Assembly (NCBI GenBank): GCA_951406725.2
Contig: OX597826.1
Span: forward strand, 40,052,001 to 40,116,000
Reading direction: 5' to 3'
Source of the DNA: Octopus vulgaris
Taxonomy: Eukaryota
Length of the DNA: 64,000 nucleotides
Shown piece by piece: positions 25,545 to 40,251 of the stretch. A program made the translations under genes and the position numbers. Within the stretch, counting starts at the first letter, position 1; every line of letters begins with the position of its first letter. Under the pieces are notes generated by a model. The model did no database searches. It was not told the DNA's origin and saw only the letters and a program-made list of their open reading frames with translations.

Positions 25545-26603
25545 ACCAAGATGAGCTCAAAAGTTCATAGGCTAACTATGAGGGAGTGTTGCTAGAGTGT
25601 TGCATCAATTTCATGTCTTCTTATTGTTCAAGGAAGATTTCAAAAAGTAGTTAGTAGCGACTTCTCTTGAGCATTGACAAAATTTTGTATCGTGTTGTTT
25701 TCAAGTACCTTCAAAATAAAAGCTTAGTCCCACGGACATTCATCATGACATGATTGCTACATTAGGAAATGACGCTCCAGATTTATTATAAGTGGGCAAT
25801 CGAAATTTAGAGGGGAAGAGAGATTCTTTAAAATGACCCAAGAGACATTGATCATGTTTACCACGTGGTGATTGATTGACAGGCGTTTGGCTATAAATCA
25901 AATACCCAACGCTATTAGCTTGCCCTGTGAGAGTTTCAAATATTCTGCATAATGAACTTGGAGTGACGTAGGTTTCTGCTCGGTGGGTGTCACGTCTTCT
26001 GACACCTGATCAAAAGCGCACCAAGCTGCTCACATCATCTGATATTGCTTTAGAAATATTTAGCTTGGTTTCCTTGAACGTTTCCTAACCTAGGATGTGT
26101 GTTGGCTTCATTACTTTGAGCCAGAGATAAAGAAATAATGCATGTTGTGGAAACCCCCTCCCCACCTCTTTCAAAGAAGGACAAAGTCATTTCGTCGGTA
26201 GGGAAGGTGATAGCTTCTGTTTTTAGGGATGTAAAAGGCTTTGTGTCTATTCAGTACCTTCAAAGCAGCGAATTACAATGCCAATTTGTTGAAGCAGTTT
26301 CAAAGGCTATCAAGACCAAACGCCTTGGGAAACTGATGAACGGTGTATTGTTTCACGAGGCTAATGCTCCAACACAGGGGTCCTTACTTTGAATGATTAC
26401 TGTGCGTGATTATGGCTTTGAACAGGTTGATCGCCATTTTTTATTCCCCTGATTTGGACCCATCTGACTATCATTTGTCCCTCACCATAAAAAAGCACTT
26501 GACTGGGAGCCAGTATCGTAGTGATGTTGACAACATATTTGCTGTTGATGACATTCCATGAGAGTATCTTCGGGAGACTATAAACTTTTCAGCTGACACT
26601 TGT
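25545..26603 (+). mobile_element. Mariner (DD34D) transposon, degenerate, with TIRs
   Basis: VSARWVSRLL (WVPHEL-like), T*DVCWLHYFEPE, SVGKVIASVF, LFHEANAP and YSPDLDPSDYHL. Imperfect TIRs at about 25545-25575 and 26575-26603. Confidence 0.9.
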
Positions 26604-26661
26604 GTGTGCATATACATACATACATACATACATACATACATTACATACATATACATACATA

Positions 26662-26910
<249 letters not shown>

Positions 26911-26992
26911 AGAAAAAGAACAACAATAATTTCTCTCTACCAAGGTGTATTGAATAAGCATTGATCCTTGCAATATTATTAGAAACATTTAC

Positions 26993-27215
26993 CGTAGAAA
27001 CTGGAACCATGAGATTGCGAAAGTAACTTATATCTAAACAGGTGTGTGCTTGAACCGCTCCCTGAAACACGGTGTTGTATTTGATATAGAGATTAAAATA
27101 GATAATTTCTCCACGGAGTGATAGACTGTTCACAAATGGCCAGCAGTTCAGGCATTGAACATTCCTTATGTCATCTTCAACATTGTCATCAATATGCAGA
27201 TAAACCATGCCAGGC
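26993..27215 (-). CDS. Candidate host-gene internal exon, product unknown
   Basis: 223-nt stop-free segment bounded by ctattctAG and ACG|GTaaat, encoding PGMVYLHIDDNVEDDIRNVQCLNCWPFVNSLSLRGEIIYFNLY...LMVPVST. The polypyrimidine tract is weak and no partner exon was recognised. Confidence 0.3.
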
Positions 27216-27966
27216 CTAGAATAGACTTATTTACCATTTTTCAACAATTCCCCAAATAAACGCAACTGTTGCTATTATTCGTTCCTAACTCACATTTCAC
27301 TCTCCTCTGTTTCAATAAAAATTCATTTCAGTAATTCCCAGGACTCCATTTTCACTGAAATAAACTTTCACTGAAATAAACTTTTCTTTTCACTTCGTAT
27401 TAATGTTGTTTACTTGAGTTTGCCACGATACATACACTGTTCGGATGGTCGTAAAGCAGTCATGACTAGACTCCTGTGTATATTACATAAAACACAATAT
27501 CAAGACACGTCGCTTTCATTTACATTCGTTTATTAAAAGCATCTTCCATAAATAAACGTAATAATGACGTGTATATATGATTTGGTAAATGATAGCTTCT
27601 ACCTAAAAATACCAATATTCATTTCAGACAATTATAGTGACAAAGCAATAATATTACGAGACGCGAAGAGTTTCCAGAAAGAACTAAATTCCGAATTTCT
27701 GTATTTCCTTATTAAATTTAATATCTATTTTTTACTGTCTCTCTACTAGTTTCAGTTTTATATCGTGGTCAATTCATAGTGCACTTTTAAAGAACTTTGT
27801 CTCCACCACGTTGCATGGTCGATACAAAATATAAGCGTAATATTGGAGCGAGGAAAAATAGCTAGATCGATCTAAATTACGATGAGTATTTCTGTCCCAA
27901 CATATCGATCTTTAGGCAATATGGACATTATACACACAAACACACACACACACAAACACACACACA

Positions 27967-28048
<82 letters not shown>

Positions 28049-28049
28049 A

Positions 28050-29750
28050 TGGATAATAATACGAATGGTTTATAGCTGGTAGCTATCTACTATCTAACCC
28101 GCTTTGTGATCATGAGTGCACCAAACCTCACGTGTGCGTATGCTCACATTTTTGCTGATGTCTGTATGAACGAGTGTACTCGCGCCATGCATCTTGCCCT
28201 AGGGCGTTTATACATCAATATTTGTTAACAGTTATTTTTAATACTTTTCTTGCTGGATTGCGTGCTCGCTTCTCTCTTTGTCATCTGTGATTTTATTTTT
28301 GATCTTATATACACATGAAGATATTTCCTCCGTCTGACTGCTTTTCTTTCTACAAAACGGGAAGTTACATTGCAGAACACTCATTTTAAATGGTTGTATT
28401 TATTTATCACCCGACGAGATACATTTGCACCACTGGATGCTCCTGGACCAGTTATTGAGTGTCCTACCCATGAAGAATCGATGCTAGATGCGTCGAAACA
28501 ATTGTCGTGATTAATAATAAATCATCGTATATTCCATCTTCCGTCTTTAATTTGGCATATATATATATGTATGTGTGTGTGTGAATTTATGCATGTATGT
28601 ATGTGTGTGTATATGCAACACTAGTTACGGTGTACCTAGAGGCAAAACTATATTCCCAGCTGCAGGAAACGTTTAGCCACGACTTCGCCACCTACATTAA
28701 TAACAAATGGAAGCGTTACCTAGGCGATTGCTTCATCTTCTGGGATAGGAACCATGAAAACCTACAAATATTCCATTCCATCAAAAAAAGGGTTCACGAA
28801 GCAATACAATTTACCATGGAATGTAATACGAGGAACTACCGTTTCTACATATCCTTAGCGTTAAAGAAGGGGAAACTATCGAAACTTACTTATTTTACAA
28901 GCCAACAGACATACACCAATACTTAAAAGTAAGACATACACCATACCGAAAGTAAGATTATCTTCAACATACCATGATGCATCTGCTCCATAGTGACACA
29001 CCTCATACTACAGGAAACATTTTATATGAACTAAAATATCTAGTGAACATCATCAATACGGCCATTTCCAAGGCCCAGAACATTCCAATGACAACACTGA
29101 GAAAAACAAATCAAGAAAATAAAAAGGAAAAAAAAACCAGTTATCCTTTTTGATGTCACTCACAACCCAATGAACTTCAACATTGTGTAAGCCGCCAAAC
29201 GATATCTTCCAATTCTCTAGCTATCCCCCAAAATGAATGCAGTCATAAAAGCCTCACAAATAATATATGGCAGACGCCAAGCACCCAATCTTTAAAAAAA
29301 ACTGCTCACCCAGGCGAAATTTTCGTCTAACATTGAAACAATGCAAGTTAAGAAATGCGAGGACCCTCTCATTTGTGAATAATTGAAGAGGATGGACAAA
29401 TATCCTTTGAAAACAATGGGAGTTTCAATGCAAACATGAATTACAAAATACAAAACTTAATTTACTGCGCAAATGGCCCACAATGTAAAGAATACTATAT
29501 TGGTGAAACCGGAACAGGACTACATGACTGAGTTCGTGTATATAAATAACAAATTAAAGACCCATCTATCAGAAACACCACTTGTAGTAAACACTTCGTA
29601 TCATGCGGAAAGGGTAGATTCACAATTTTCCCCTACTTTAACTGATGAGCAGACAACGAACATTTCCGCAAACGTAAAGAAGAATTCTTCATTACGAAGT
29701 ACAGACCACACCTGAACACAAAGACATGATACGCCACACCCCAAAAACGG
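28050..29750 (+). mobile_element. Penelope-like element remnant: pLTR-like segment with degenerate HHR, RT C-terminal part and GIY-YIG
   Basis: WKRYLGDCFIFW (from WxRYIDD) in ORF 28597-28926. QNLIYC...QCKEYYIGETG at about 29450-29515 and EEFFITKYRPHLN at about 29680-29718. HHR-like aTGAAGA...GATGC-tagat-GCGTC-GAAAC-AATT-GTC at 28470-28506. Confidence 0.85.
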
Positions 29751-30312
29751 GATTCTCTTCGGCTATTTTCTTTTAAAGATGTATATATCAAAATAGAAGT
29801 GGATGACGCCCACACTTTTAATCATTCAATCGTTGCAGAGAAGAAAAAAAAACCCTGCGACATGTACCTTACACCTTTTTATTTCTGTTTTTAACCTCGA
29901 AATTTAGCCAATCATCTTCTATCTTATAATCTATATAAGTGGTTTTTAGACGATTTAGGCGGTTCGCCATTTTAAAACTGATGTTTTTATTCCCATATTT
30001 ATCAACCTCTTATTCGTTTTGCACCTCCCGTGTTTATCATTCATAAAACATTTTACACGTGTTTTTTTTATTTATATGTAATTTTATATGTATATTTTTA
30101 TATATTTTCATATATCTTCTATATATTTCTGAATGTTTGGTTTTATATTCTTTATACCCTTGGAGAATCTTTGTACCTGTATATGCATGATTCATGTTGA
30201 TGTATTTAAATATATATGTTCCAACTACATTTGGGTGAATGATTTTATATATATGTATACATATATACATATATATATGTATATATATGTATATATATTT
30301 ATATATGCATAT

Positions 30313-30391
<79 letters not shown>

Positions 30392-30432
30392 TATGTATAT
30401 ATATAAAATAAATAATATACAATATATATATT

Positions 30433-30679
30433 GAATGGTTGTATACTGTCAATCTAACAAGAACGTAACAGTAGGGGGTACACCACCGTTGTATAGCCCT
30501 GGGCTATACAATGGTGGTGTACCCCTACTGTCACGTTCTTGTTAGATTGACAGTATACAACCATTCTTTCGCCCCACCACCGTACATGTCTCTACGAGAG
30601 ATTTAGAAATTCAATATTTCTTATAATATATATATTATATATTATTTATTATTTCATTGAGCGCAACCCATCCACTTCC

Positions 30680-30683
<4 letters not shown>
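30433..30683. mobile_element. Palindromic insert in (TA)n (about 66-bp arms, 1-nt spacer, about 115-bp tail)
   Basis: Arms 30433-30499 and 30501-30566 are centred on GCCC-T-GGGC. TA runs on both sides. No HHR core seen. Confidence 0.75.
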
Positions 30684-30720
<37 letters not shown>

Positions 30721-31079
30721 CAAATGAAATTTTCTAGGGTCGACTTTGTAATTATCATTCGTTGTAGATAGTATAAGCGACACCAATAGTTTCAATTTAA
30801 GAATAGTATCCTATATTGTCCTTGTTTATTTGTTTTGTTTTGTTTGATTTGATTTGATTTTTATTTTATATTTCTTAAAACAACGATAAATCAACAATGA
30901 TCGATGTGTCTGAATAATGCGATATAAACAGTAACTTGTAGCGACGCTAGGCGGGTATCAATCAACAAACTGGGCTGCACCACAACAACTATTCGACATG
31001 ATTTGTGCTGTAATGTAAGAATATGTACTCTATTTTCAAACACAACTTTAATGCACAAATCACCTAGCAACCTTCATAA

Positions 31080-31244
31080 CAGTGGTTCCCAACAGTGGTT
31101 CCCAACCCTTATATTTAAATGAGTTTTCCCACGGATCCCTTCTTAATATGCTAATCCTTATGTGTGTATATGCAAATATGAAATTTTGAATTTAGCCCAT
31201 GGACCCCCAGTACTACCTTTGTGGACCCAGGTTGGGAACTACTG
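31080..31244. mobile_element. hAT (Charlie-like) MITE with duplicated left TIR
   Basis: CAGTGGTTCCCAA occurs twice, and the right end is GTTGGGAACTACTG. Putative 8-bp TSD CTTCATAA / CTTTATAT (6/8 match). Confidence 0.75.
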
Positions 31245-31964
31245 CTTTATATATTTGCTCGGCCAGCTGGAAACAACAATCCAATCTCACTTATGCTATT
31301 ATATAAGACTGTGCCTCGTGTACATGCAAATGAAGTAACTTTGATTAAAAAATGCAATATATAGTATACATCAATGCTAATGAAAGTGCATAATTGCAGT
31401 ATGTTGTTAAATTTGTGATTTCTTTTTCAAAAAGCTTTAATTGCAAAGTGAAGGTTATTAACATATTAGGGTTGATTTGAAAATGTAGGCGTGTTTAGGG
31501 ACTTCATTATATTAACTGATTAAAAACTTTGGACACTTGGGGCTTCTAAGTTTAAAGGAATGACTATTATAATTTGAGCTAAGTGTTCATTTTTTCATAA
31601 AATAACGACGTATGTTTAGACGAATGAATTACACACAAGAGATTTTATAAACACTGATCCATATAATCTGATGGCTGAAATTAATTATTTACATCATACG
31701 AAAGTGAAAGCAGACAACAAACATTACCTTGAAAGCTAACTTATTACGATTATGGCTTATGAATATGTATAAATTCTAATTAGTTTTCAGTGTTAATGTT
31801 TGATATATTTGAATGTTTTGTGTTTATTTCAAGTTGCTATCTTCTGTTTCAATTCTTGTTATTTCTAAACAGGCTTGTTTTCTTACTTTTTAAAGGGAAT
31901 GATCCGAAGGAAAACCTTCCTCGGAAGTACTCAAAATTCTGCATTCATATTCTTTATTATGGGG

Positions 31965-32240
<276 letters not shown>

Positions 32241-32369
32241 ACAGCAACTTCAAGAACAACAACAATTGCTAGTGCAAGATCCACAACAACAACAATTACT
32301 ACTACAGCAACAAATGCTGCAATAAATGAATGTTCTCGCTAGATTATGTTGCAAAATCAATAATGGGAT

Positions 32370-32880
32370 CTAAATATGGACCAGACGAAGGCGTACAATA
32401 GAGGATACGAACAGATCTTCAATAAAGACTGCAAAGATTGGGACGACGATATGAAAACCGGTCTCATCCTAGGAAAACTGGCAGCAAGAACACATGAGTG
32501 TTACTGCAATTATGTACTCCATAATAAACCCTTTTGTCATAAATTTTAGAAATACAATAGACATATATGTGTACAATTTTTAGCGAGGAAAGCTCGTTGT
32601 TTAATACACGCTGTAAATGTTTGAACCTAGAAAAGAACAACGAAGAGCACTACATTACATATGCTGGTAGAGTTAACAGGGAATGCAAAAAGTTCATACT
32701 GGACGAATTAACACCGGCATGTTCAAGTGCTAGCTGCAGAAAAGGACGCAGAAGTAGGAACAAGAATTGTCGCTAAATTGGAACAAATTTAGAAGAGTGT
32801 GAAAGAATAGTAAATTCAAGACACGATACAGAAAAAAAATTGAACATAAAGATTGCTTCCAAGTGAAAGAAGTGCATCGA
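32370..32880 (+). mobile_element. Gypsy/Ty3-like gag remnant
   Basis: YEQIFNKDCKDWDDDMKTGLILGKL...HECYCNYVL...IFSEESSLFNTRCKCLNLEK...YAGRVNRECKKF resembles invertebrate Gypsy gag N-termini (recalled similarity). Confidence 0.65.
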
Positions 32881-33189
32881 AAAAAGAAACAGGCAGAATA
32901 GAAATCAAGTGTGTACTAAAATATAGTAAAAAGAGGACAAAAGTCAGAAACAAGCCCAAAACTGGCCATGGAAAGGTTTCTCTTCAATATGTTTAATATG
33001 TTCTCTTCGAATTTTATTATTGTCCTTTTCTCCTAATCTACACTTGATCATTGTTCTTTATTCGCTATCATTTGTAATTTCTCGGTGCTGTACTGTAAAT
33101 ATTCTAGTAAGCTTTTTCTTTTCATCTGTACAACCTCCTCCTCAGCGGTTAAACATTATTTACCTTGGCATCCCTTCAAGAACAAGTTT

Positions 33190-35560
33190 CCCACTGGAAT
33201 TTGATTCCTCCCTTAATGTTATATTTCAACAAGTGCTCTCCGTCCCATGTCAACCGCTTTCTAGTTTTTCTGCTAAGTTTCTGTACGTTGCGTTATCTAC
33301 AATTCTACAATTCCAGCTCCATATCTGATTACCGGTGCTGCTCTTGCATTCATTGCTTCAATAACACGTTTTCAAAATTCAACTGTCAGATTTTCCTCAC
33401 TCTCCTTGTATTCTCTCCACTGGTGATTTGATTCATGCCGCCGTGTTATAATTCATCTACCTTCAGTATTCTCAAATACTTATTCCACTCTTGAGTGGCT
33501 TCATTGTTTTCCCGTTTGGCGCTTCAAATCCCTGTCTTCCTTCAAATCTACCTTGTTTTATTATCAATAGAGTGCACTCTTTAATACCAAATTCCATACC
33601 TATTGCATTTGAGAAAATGCGTTGAGGATGAACAAGATTTTCAAGCTGCTTCTCATTTTTCGCATAAAGATTTATATCATGCATAAGAAGGAAACGATTT
33701 ATCTGCCCATATCCTTTTCTTGAATCATAAGCTATTTCAACTGCGCAGTATCATGGCCAATAAAATAGCAATGAAGATAAGCTGTCTCTTTGAAATATAC
33801 CACGCTGATGATCTCTTTCACAAGTCTTTGCTTTCCTCCAATCAGTTCAGGATTCCAATTTTTTATACAATTTTCTCTATATTTTCTGCCACTCAGAGTA
33901 TGCCAGTAGTTTTATTTATCCATGCGTTTTTGTAATCCAGCCACGTTATATTCAGTCGCATCACCCTGCGTTTCCAATTTCTAATTATCATTTTGGCAAC
34001 TAATAAGTGATCTTTTGCTTCCTCATCCTTCCTGTTTTACAGGAATTAGATTACTACTTTCCATATGATTGTATAACTTCACTGCCATGAGACTGACCAC
34101 CATAATATTCGTAAGCGATAAAACAGTTTATAGGCCATAAATTTGATAACAATTTACCGCTCAAGTGGTCCTTGAAACACAACAATGTTCGTCCCCTTGT
34201 CATCCAAGTAGGGACATGTCCTTGCTGCAAACATTCACCAGTTGTGTAGCGATACTTTCATGTAGCTGTGTAAAATTCTTCAGCCAATGACCTTGTACTC
34301 CATCTGGGCTAGATCCTTTTCAATTTGCTGTTTTTTAAAACTTTAATATCATTGAATATAGATAAAGTTTGAAATCCTGTTGTCTTTGTACTGTTGCAAG
34401 TTGTCTTTCCATCAATGTTAAACATTCTGCCCTTTCTTTCTGTTTCACTGGTTTGTTCCAGATTTCTCTCCAAAATAGTTTACTTTCTTCTACATCAGGA
34501 ATCACTTCTTGATGCTGTTCCTCTTCTATTTCCTCAAGAAGATGTTTCTATTTAATTGACATAATCTATTCTATTCACAACCTTTGTATCTAGCACCATA
34601 TCTTTTCATTTTGGCTTTTAACGCTGTCACCTTTTGAGATAATTCTTCATACACAGTTTGCTTTTCCCTTTCTTCTAATCTGTAGTCCATTCCGCTTTCT
34701 GTATATTACCTCATTCTTGAGCTCACATGTCTTTACCCCATCCAAGTGCCCCAGTTCTTTCCGTGTGTTTATCCAACTGCATCTATATTCTCTTCCTCCA
34801 GTTTGGTATTTTAATTTCCTTCCCCTTCGTTTCTTCCACAGTCTTCTCCTTGTACCCTACATCATTAGCAGCAGCTACGATTCGCTGGTTTGTTTCACTG
34901 ATGTTCTTTGTTTTAACCAAGCTCAAAACACCATTTACTCTGTGACTCTCCTTACTTTTCCTCTCACCATATACCTTACATTTGGTGGTACTTCATTGCT
35001 CACATCACATATTTTTCCACGTAGCATTTCTAGAATCTTCGTCTCTTCCTCTTTCAAGTCTCGTGTAGCATTTATTGCCACTTGTTCAGCTAGGTCATCT
35101 TCAAAATTTACCCCATCAATATTCTGAAACACATAGAATTTTCCTTTTTTCATTTTCTTCGTCTTTTATCTCATTACCACTTTCAAATATTGTTGTTTTA
35201 CACTCTTTCCGTCCCTTTCTATTTTTCTCTGCAATTTTTCAATCTCCAGTCCTATAATACAATCATACATACACATTTTCTTTGCCTTGTCAATTAATCT
35301 TTGTGTGGAACCTTCATAGACTCTCTTTTCATTCCAAATTCTCTTCATTCGTTTCATGAAACCTCATTTACATGGTTTAATTGTAACCCACATTCAATCA
35401 CAATTTTATTTAACACTTTTTACCATTTCATTTTCCTTCCTCTGCACTTTTGATTTCGATTCTGATTCTGATCGATGCCTACGACGACTTGATAGAGTTT
35501 GATCAGACACTCATCGCCTGCCGTGCTCGACACCTTCCCTGTATTAACAGTCCCATTTCA
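33190..35560 (-). mobile_element. Degenerate R4/Dong-like LINE
   Basis: MHDINLYAKNEKQL...IGMEFGIKEC corresponds to the YMDDLKLFAKN region, and SPDGVQGHWLKNF occurs at about 34280-34315. Many lesions. Confidence 0.8.
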
Positions 35561-35589
35561 GCCCCCTTAACTCTGCTATGATTATTACT

Positions 35590-35865
35590 TGAATTTATGC
35601 AGCATGAAACCAGAATTTAAGCATATTTCCTCTACCTATTTGTTCAAATCCTTAGGAATAGTTCCTGTGCACATGGTCCTGATGCAGAGCCTCTGGGTGA
35701 TGGAGGTCGGATCTCATGGAATGAATCCACTCAGCACTGTTGTTGTGCGAAACTTCTTTCCCCCAGATGTTATTCCAAAATTGGCGGGTTACTTCTGCTT
35801 CAGGAGGTGTATTATCTTCTGTACTTTCTCCTAAGCCATTAAAAACTGTCTCTGGTTATTTGACA
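35590..35865 (-). mobile_element. Separate R4/Dong-like internal fragment
   Basis: NNQRQF...PPEAEVTRQFWNNIWG is homologous to NNTKNF...PSKEEVQRFWNKIW. Confidence 0.6.
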
Positions 35866-35878
35866 GCAGCAACAGCAA

Positions 35879-36045
<167 letters not shown>

Positions 36046-37324
36046 TTGTCGTTGTTAATATATCAATTTGTTCAATTCTTGTCTGTCTATTTTCCTTTTT
36101 TACTTGTATTTTACTAAACCTAAATGACTGATGCTTGAAGATTAAAATATTCTTCGTTCTTGTAACATTCTCACGTCTTTGTCTATTTCCTCTTTGTCTT
36201 TTATTATTCTTTCTATTTCTCATTTTCGTAGGTGTTTGTGTGTCTACTTAATTCTCTTTTTTTCTTCTCTTTATTCATGTTATGTGTTAGTGTAACAACT
36301 ATAAATATTTCCTGTTATTTCCGTACTATCTTGTGAAGATTTAAGCAGATTAACGATCAATACACTTTATTTCCCTGCTATCTATTGGATTCTTCAGCTC
36401 TCTATCGTCGTCATTTCCCACTATAAAACTTAAGTACTTTTAATTCTCACCATTCTTCCTTTGACTGATGTATGGTCAAATGTCACCGGCGTTGACTGAA
36501 TACTGTTCTTATTTTCTGGGCTAAGTTTATGAGATTCATGTTTGCTTATTTTATTTTGACAAAATTCACAGATCATGTATTTAAAACAAAAGAATTTAGA
36601 AGCTTTATTACTTCTCCCAGTAGGCGTAGGTTCATAAATATAATTAACCAACATATAAAGACACTCGCAATGATGTCGTGTCGGAAAATCTTAGTTAATC
36701 AAGTTTCGTGCATAAAAAAATGAAGTGAATTGATTTCAAGTGACAAAGCATTCTTTCCAAGACTCACAAGTAGAACGTTCTACTCACTAAAAATTATTTT
36801 TTTATGTAAGAACTTATATACAATTTAAATTAGTAGGAATTGGTATTTGAAATAAATCAGACTACAAAGTACTATCGAGTGGAGATGACTGCATTGCATA
36901 TATCAAACTTAATGTACCAGTAATATATTCAGCAGTCGTAATCAATATAACTTCAGCTTTTTATTTTACGGATCTCTATATTCTGAGTTTTGAATGATAC
37001 CAACATCAACTTTGGATTTCTTACTTCCAGGTTGATGAAATATATTACTCAATTAACATCTCCCACAAAATTTCTGGACTTGTAACTAAGGAAGAAATCA
37101 TTATTTTAAGGTATAAATCGCCGAAAATTAGTACAGCTTAATCATATATGTTTGAGTTCAACCTGCTTTAGGGTTAGCTTTGGTTCTGATCCTTCTGTGG
37201 GTGATAAATTAGCCTCGTTCTGTTACTCCTCGACAACGTTGCTACAGTAGCTGAAGTAACGGTATTAGGGGTGGCGGGAGTGGCGATGTCGGCGGCAGCA
37301 GTAGCAGCAGCAGCAGTAGTAGTG

Positions 37325-37376
<52 letters not shown>

Positions 37377-37392
37377 CAGCAGCAGCAGTAAC

Positions 37393-37450
<58 letters not shown>

Positions 37451-37950
37451 AGGATATAATCTGAGAAGAGCAATAAAAATACAGCAGCAGAATAAATTTC
37501 TGTAATTTATATTCCTAGCAATTATTACATATATCGCAGTTGATAATAATTTGTTAATAATATTACACTCACATACGCACGAATATATTATACTGTAGGC
37601 GAGAGGCAATGTGCAAGGAATACTCGATAATCTGAAGATAAAACTCAAAATGGTAGAAATGTGTGTGGTATTGAAATTATTATTGCCAGAGCACACAATG
37701 AGTGATCCATATTCCTTTAGTTTTCTTTGACAGAATTCAGTGTTCATTTCATTATTAGATTAAATAAAATATGTTCATTATACATCATGAAGAAATTTCT
37801 CCAGCAGATAGACACAAATGTCATCCAAAATAAGTAAATTTAAAAAATAAAAGTATGTATATATATAAATACACATACATACATACATGCATACACACAC
37901 ACACACATATATATATATATACGTACATATACATATATATATACATATAC

Positions 37951-38020
<70 letters not shown>

Positions 38021-38549
38021 TATGTATGTATATATATATATATATATATATATAAATATATATATGTATGTATATATGTATGTATATATATACATGCACA
38101 TACATATACGACGTGCTTCTTTCGAGTTTAGAACAAAAGCTTCACGGTTATAGTCCTTGGTTATTTTTTCGTTTTTTCCCATTTTACTAGTGGCCATGCA
38201 GCGGCACCGCCTTGAAGAAATTTTAATCGCAGAAAAATCAGCATTTTGAAATTTAAATTTAAGTCTTCTGCTTTCTTCTCTCAGTATTTACAGATTAATG
38301 AGAATGAGCTAACCTTTTCAACTTTCCCCAGCAGTTGAATGTCTAACAGAATCATGGCGCCGAAGGCAAGTTATTCAAACGTACTTTTTATCGTTTTTAT
38401 GTTTCTACACAATTCTTAAAGTAAATGATTTTGCTTTTGTTAGAATTCAGACAATAAGTACTGTGAATCTAAAATTGTAAAATTACTGTTTTTATTACAC
38501 ATTATATATATTTTTATGTGTTTCATATGGTTTATATTTGTTGCCTTTG

Positions 38550-38593
<44 letters not shown>

Positions 38594-38994
38594 TCCTTTT
38601 TCTTGTATTTTTTATATTATATTTTAAATCTATATTTGGTTATTTTTTAATGTTATTTTCTTATATTTTTGAAGTTTTTATAGCATAAAAATCTGGTGTC
38701 AATTTATAATGTGTTATGTTTTTCATAAAATTCTTTATAACTGAAATCTTATATTATCATATATGAAATTATACGTTATCCCTTATTTAGTTATATTTCA
38801 AATTTCTTCCTAGCCTTTATATATCGAAGTATTTATATTTTGCTTTAACGTTATAAGTAAACTGAGTTTAATACTTACTCCCTCCATTTCTCTCTTAACT
38901 TATATCACACCCTCAATCCTTAAAGAAGTACTGCTTTGAACGATTCTTCTTTACTTCCCCTTTCAGATGACAATCAAAATAAGCTTTATTAGCT

Positions 38995-39426
38995 GCTAGC
39001 AGCATGGCCCGATGTTGCTCGGGTATGTAAGAGCCCCTAGTAGGCAACGACTAATCCCAATCTAGTTCTTTCCCTCTAGGGTACGAAGGCGCATGTGTAG
39101 GTTGCAATGTCTTCTCTTCACTCGAATACTTCTATGTATACGATGTTCCTAGCTGTCTCCCGATTGCAAGTTGCGAAAACTACAACAGAAAATGTGTTGC
39201 ATATAAAAAGCTTATATTATCGACCCCATGCCGAATTTATCGACTTTTTTCAGAACTGGTGAAACTTTTCAAAATTTTCGCTGCGTTAGTTTTGAATTAT
39301 GACATTGGGCTATGTGTGTGTCAAGTTTCATCAGAATCGGTTGAAAGCCGTGGTCAGGGTGAGGGTACAACCTAACAGCCACACAGACACACAGACAGAC
39401 CAACAGCCGTTTATATATAGAGAGAT
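38995..39426. mobile_element. Helitron/Helentron-type non-autonomous element (Lep1/HINE-like)
   Basis: CTAGCAG...CCCGAtgttgcTCGGG subterminal hairpin, an AAGTTTCATCAGAATCGG motif, an (ACAG)n-like run and a TTTATATATAGAGAGAT end. Confidence 0.6.
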
Positions 39427-39831
39427 TCGCATCCCCTCTATTCTTTAGACGTTCCCGTTTACCACCCCAATACCTACCTTTTGTGTTGATATAGCCGGAT
39501 GTAATGTTCCATTTTCTTAGATAATAGAACGGCCTGTCATGATACTAATTAACGTATAACTCCCTAAATATATCATTTTAGATGTTTTGAAGACTACATT
39601 CTCCCTATTGTCTTCGATGTGTAGATAACGGAGTCACTACTCACATTCATCCATTCCCCCCCACAATCTAGACTATGCTAATTTCTGACTTGTGTGTCGC
39701 TTTATTGTCCTCTTTTCATTCTGCCAAAAGAAAATAATTAGCAGTGATATCATTGTAAATAGTTGCACTCTGTTAATGATATGAATATGTTTAAATATCT
39801 AACATGTCATTTATGATTGAAGTCTATGCGG

Positions 39832-39915
39832 TCATCTGATGGGAACGGTTTTCTTTGTAATGATGTAATGCTTTCGTTGATCAATTAAAAGAATCGCTCA
39901 AAACGGCCGTAATGA
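39832..39915 (+). ncRNA. Degenerate type-I hammerhead with long stem II
   Basis: TCAT-CTGATGg-GAACGGTTTT...AGAATCGCTC-aAAAC-GGCC-GTA-ATGA. Stem I (TCAT/ATGA) is perfect and loop III is palindromic, but there are two core substitutions. Confidence 0.55.
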
Positions 39916-40202
39916 ATTGAAACTTATGGATCTTTGTTACTCATATTTTACTACCTATCCTGGAATCTGTACTGAGGAAGTACTTGGCAAATATCTTTAG
40001 ATAAAGAACATGTCTGAACAAGCAAGAGCGGATGTATTCACCAAGTTGGATCGTACCATCTGCATACACTGCATGAATATCGGGTTGAAAAAATTCTATA
40101 TAGGGTCTGCTAATCACCTAATATTGTCAAACAAGTGTGCAAATAAGTTCGACCTAACAAGGTGCCTCATTTTAAGCACCTAATTCAAATGAAGCTAAAT
40201 TG

Positions 40203-40251
<49 letters not shown>

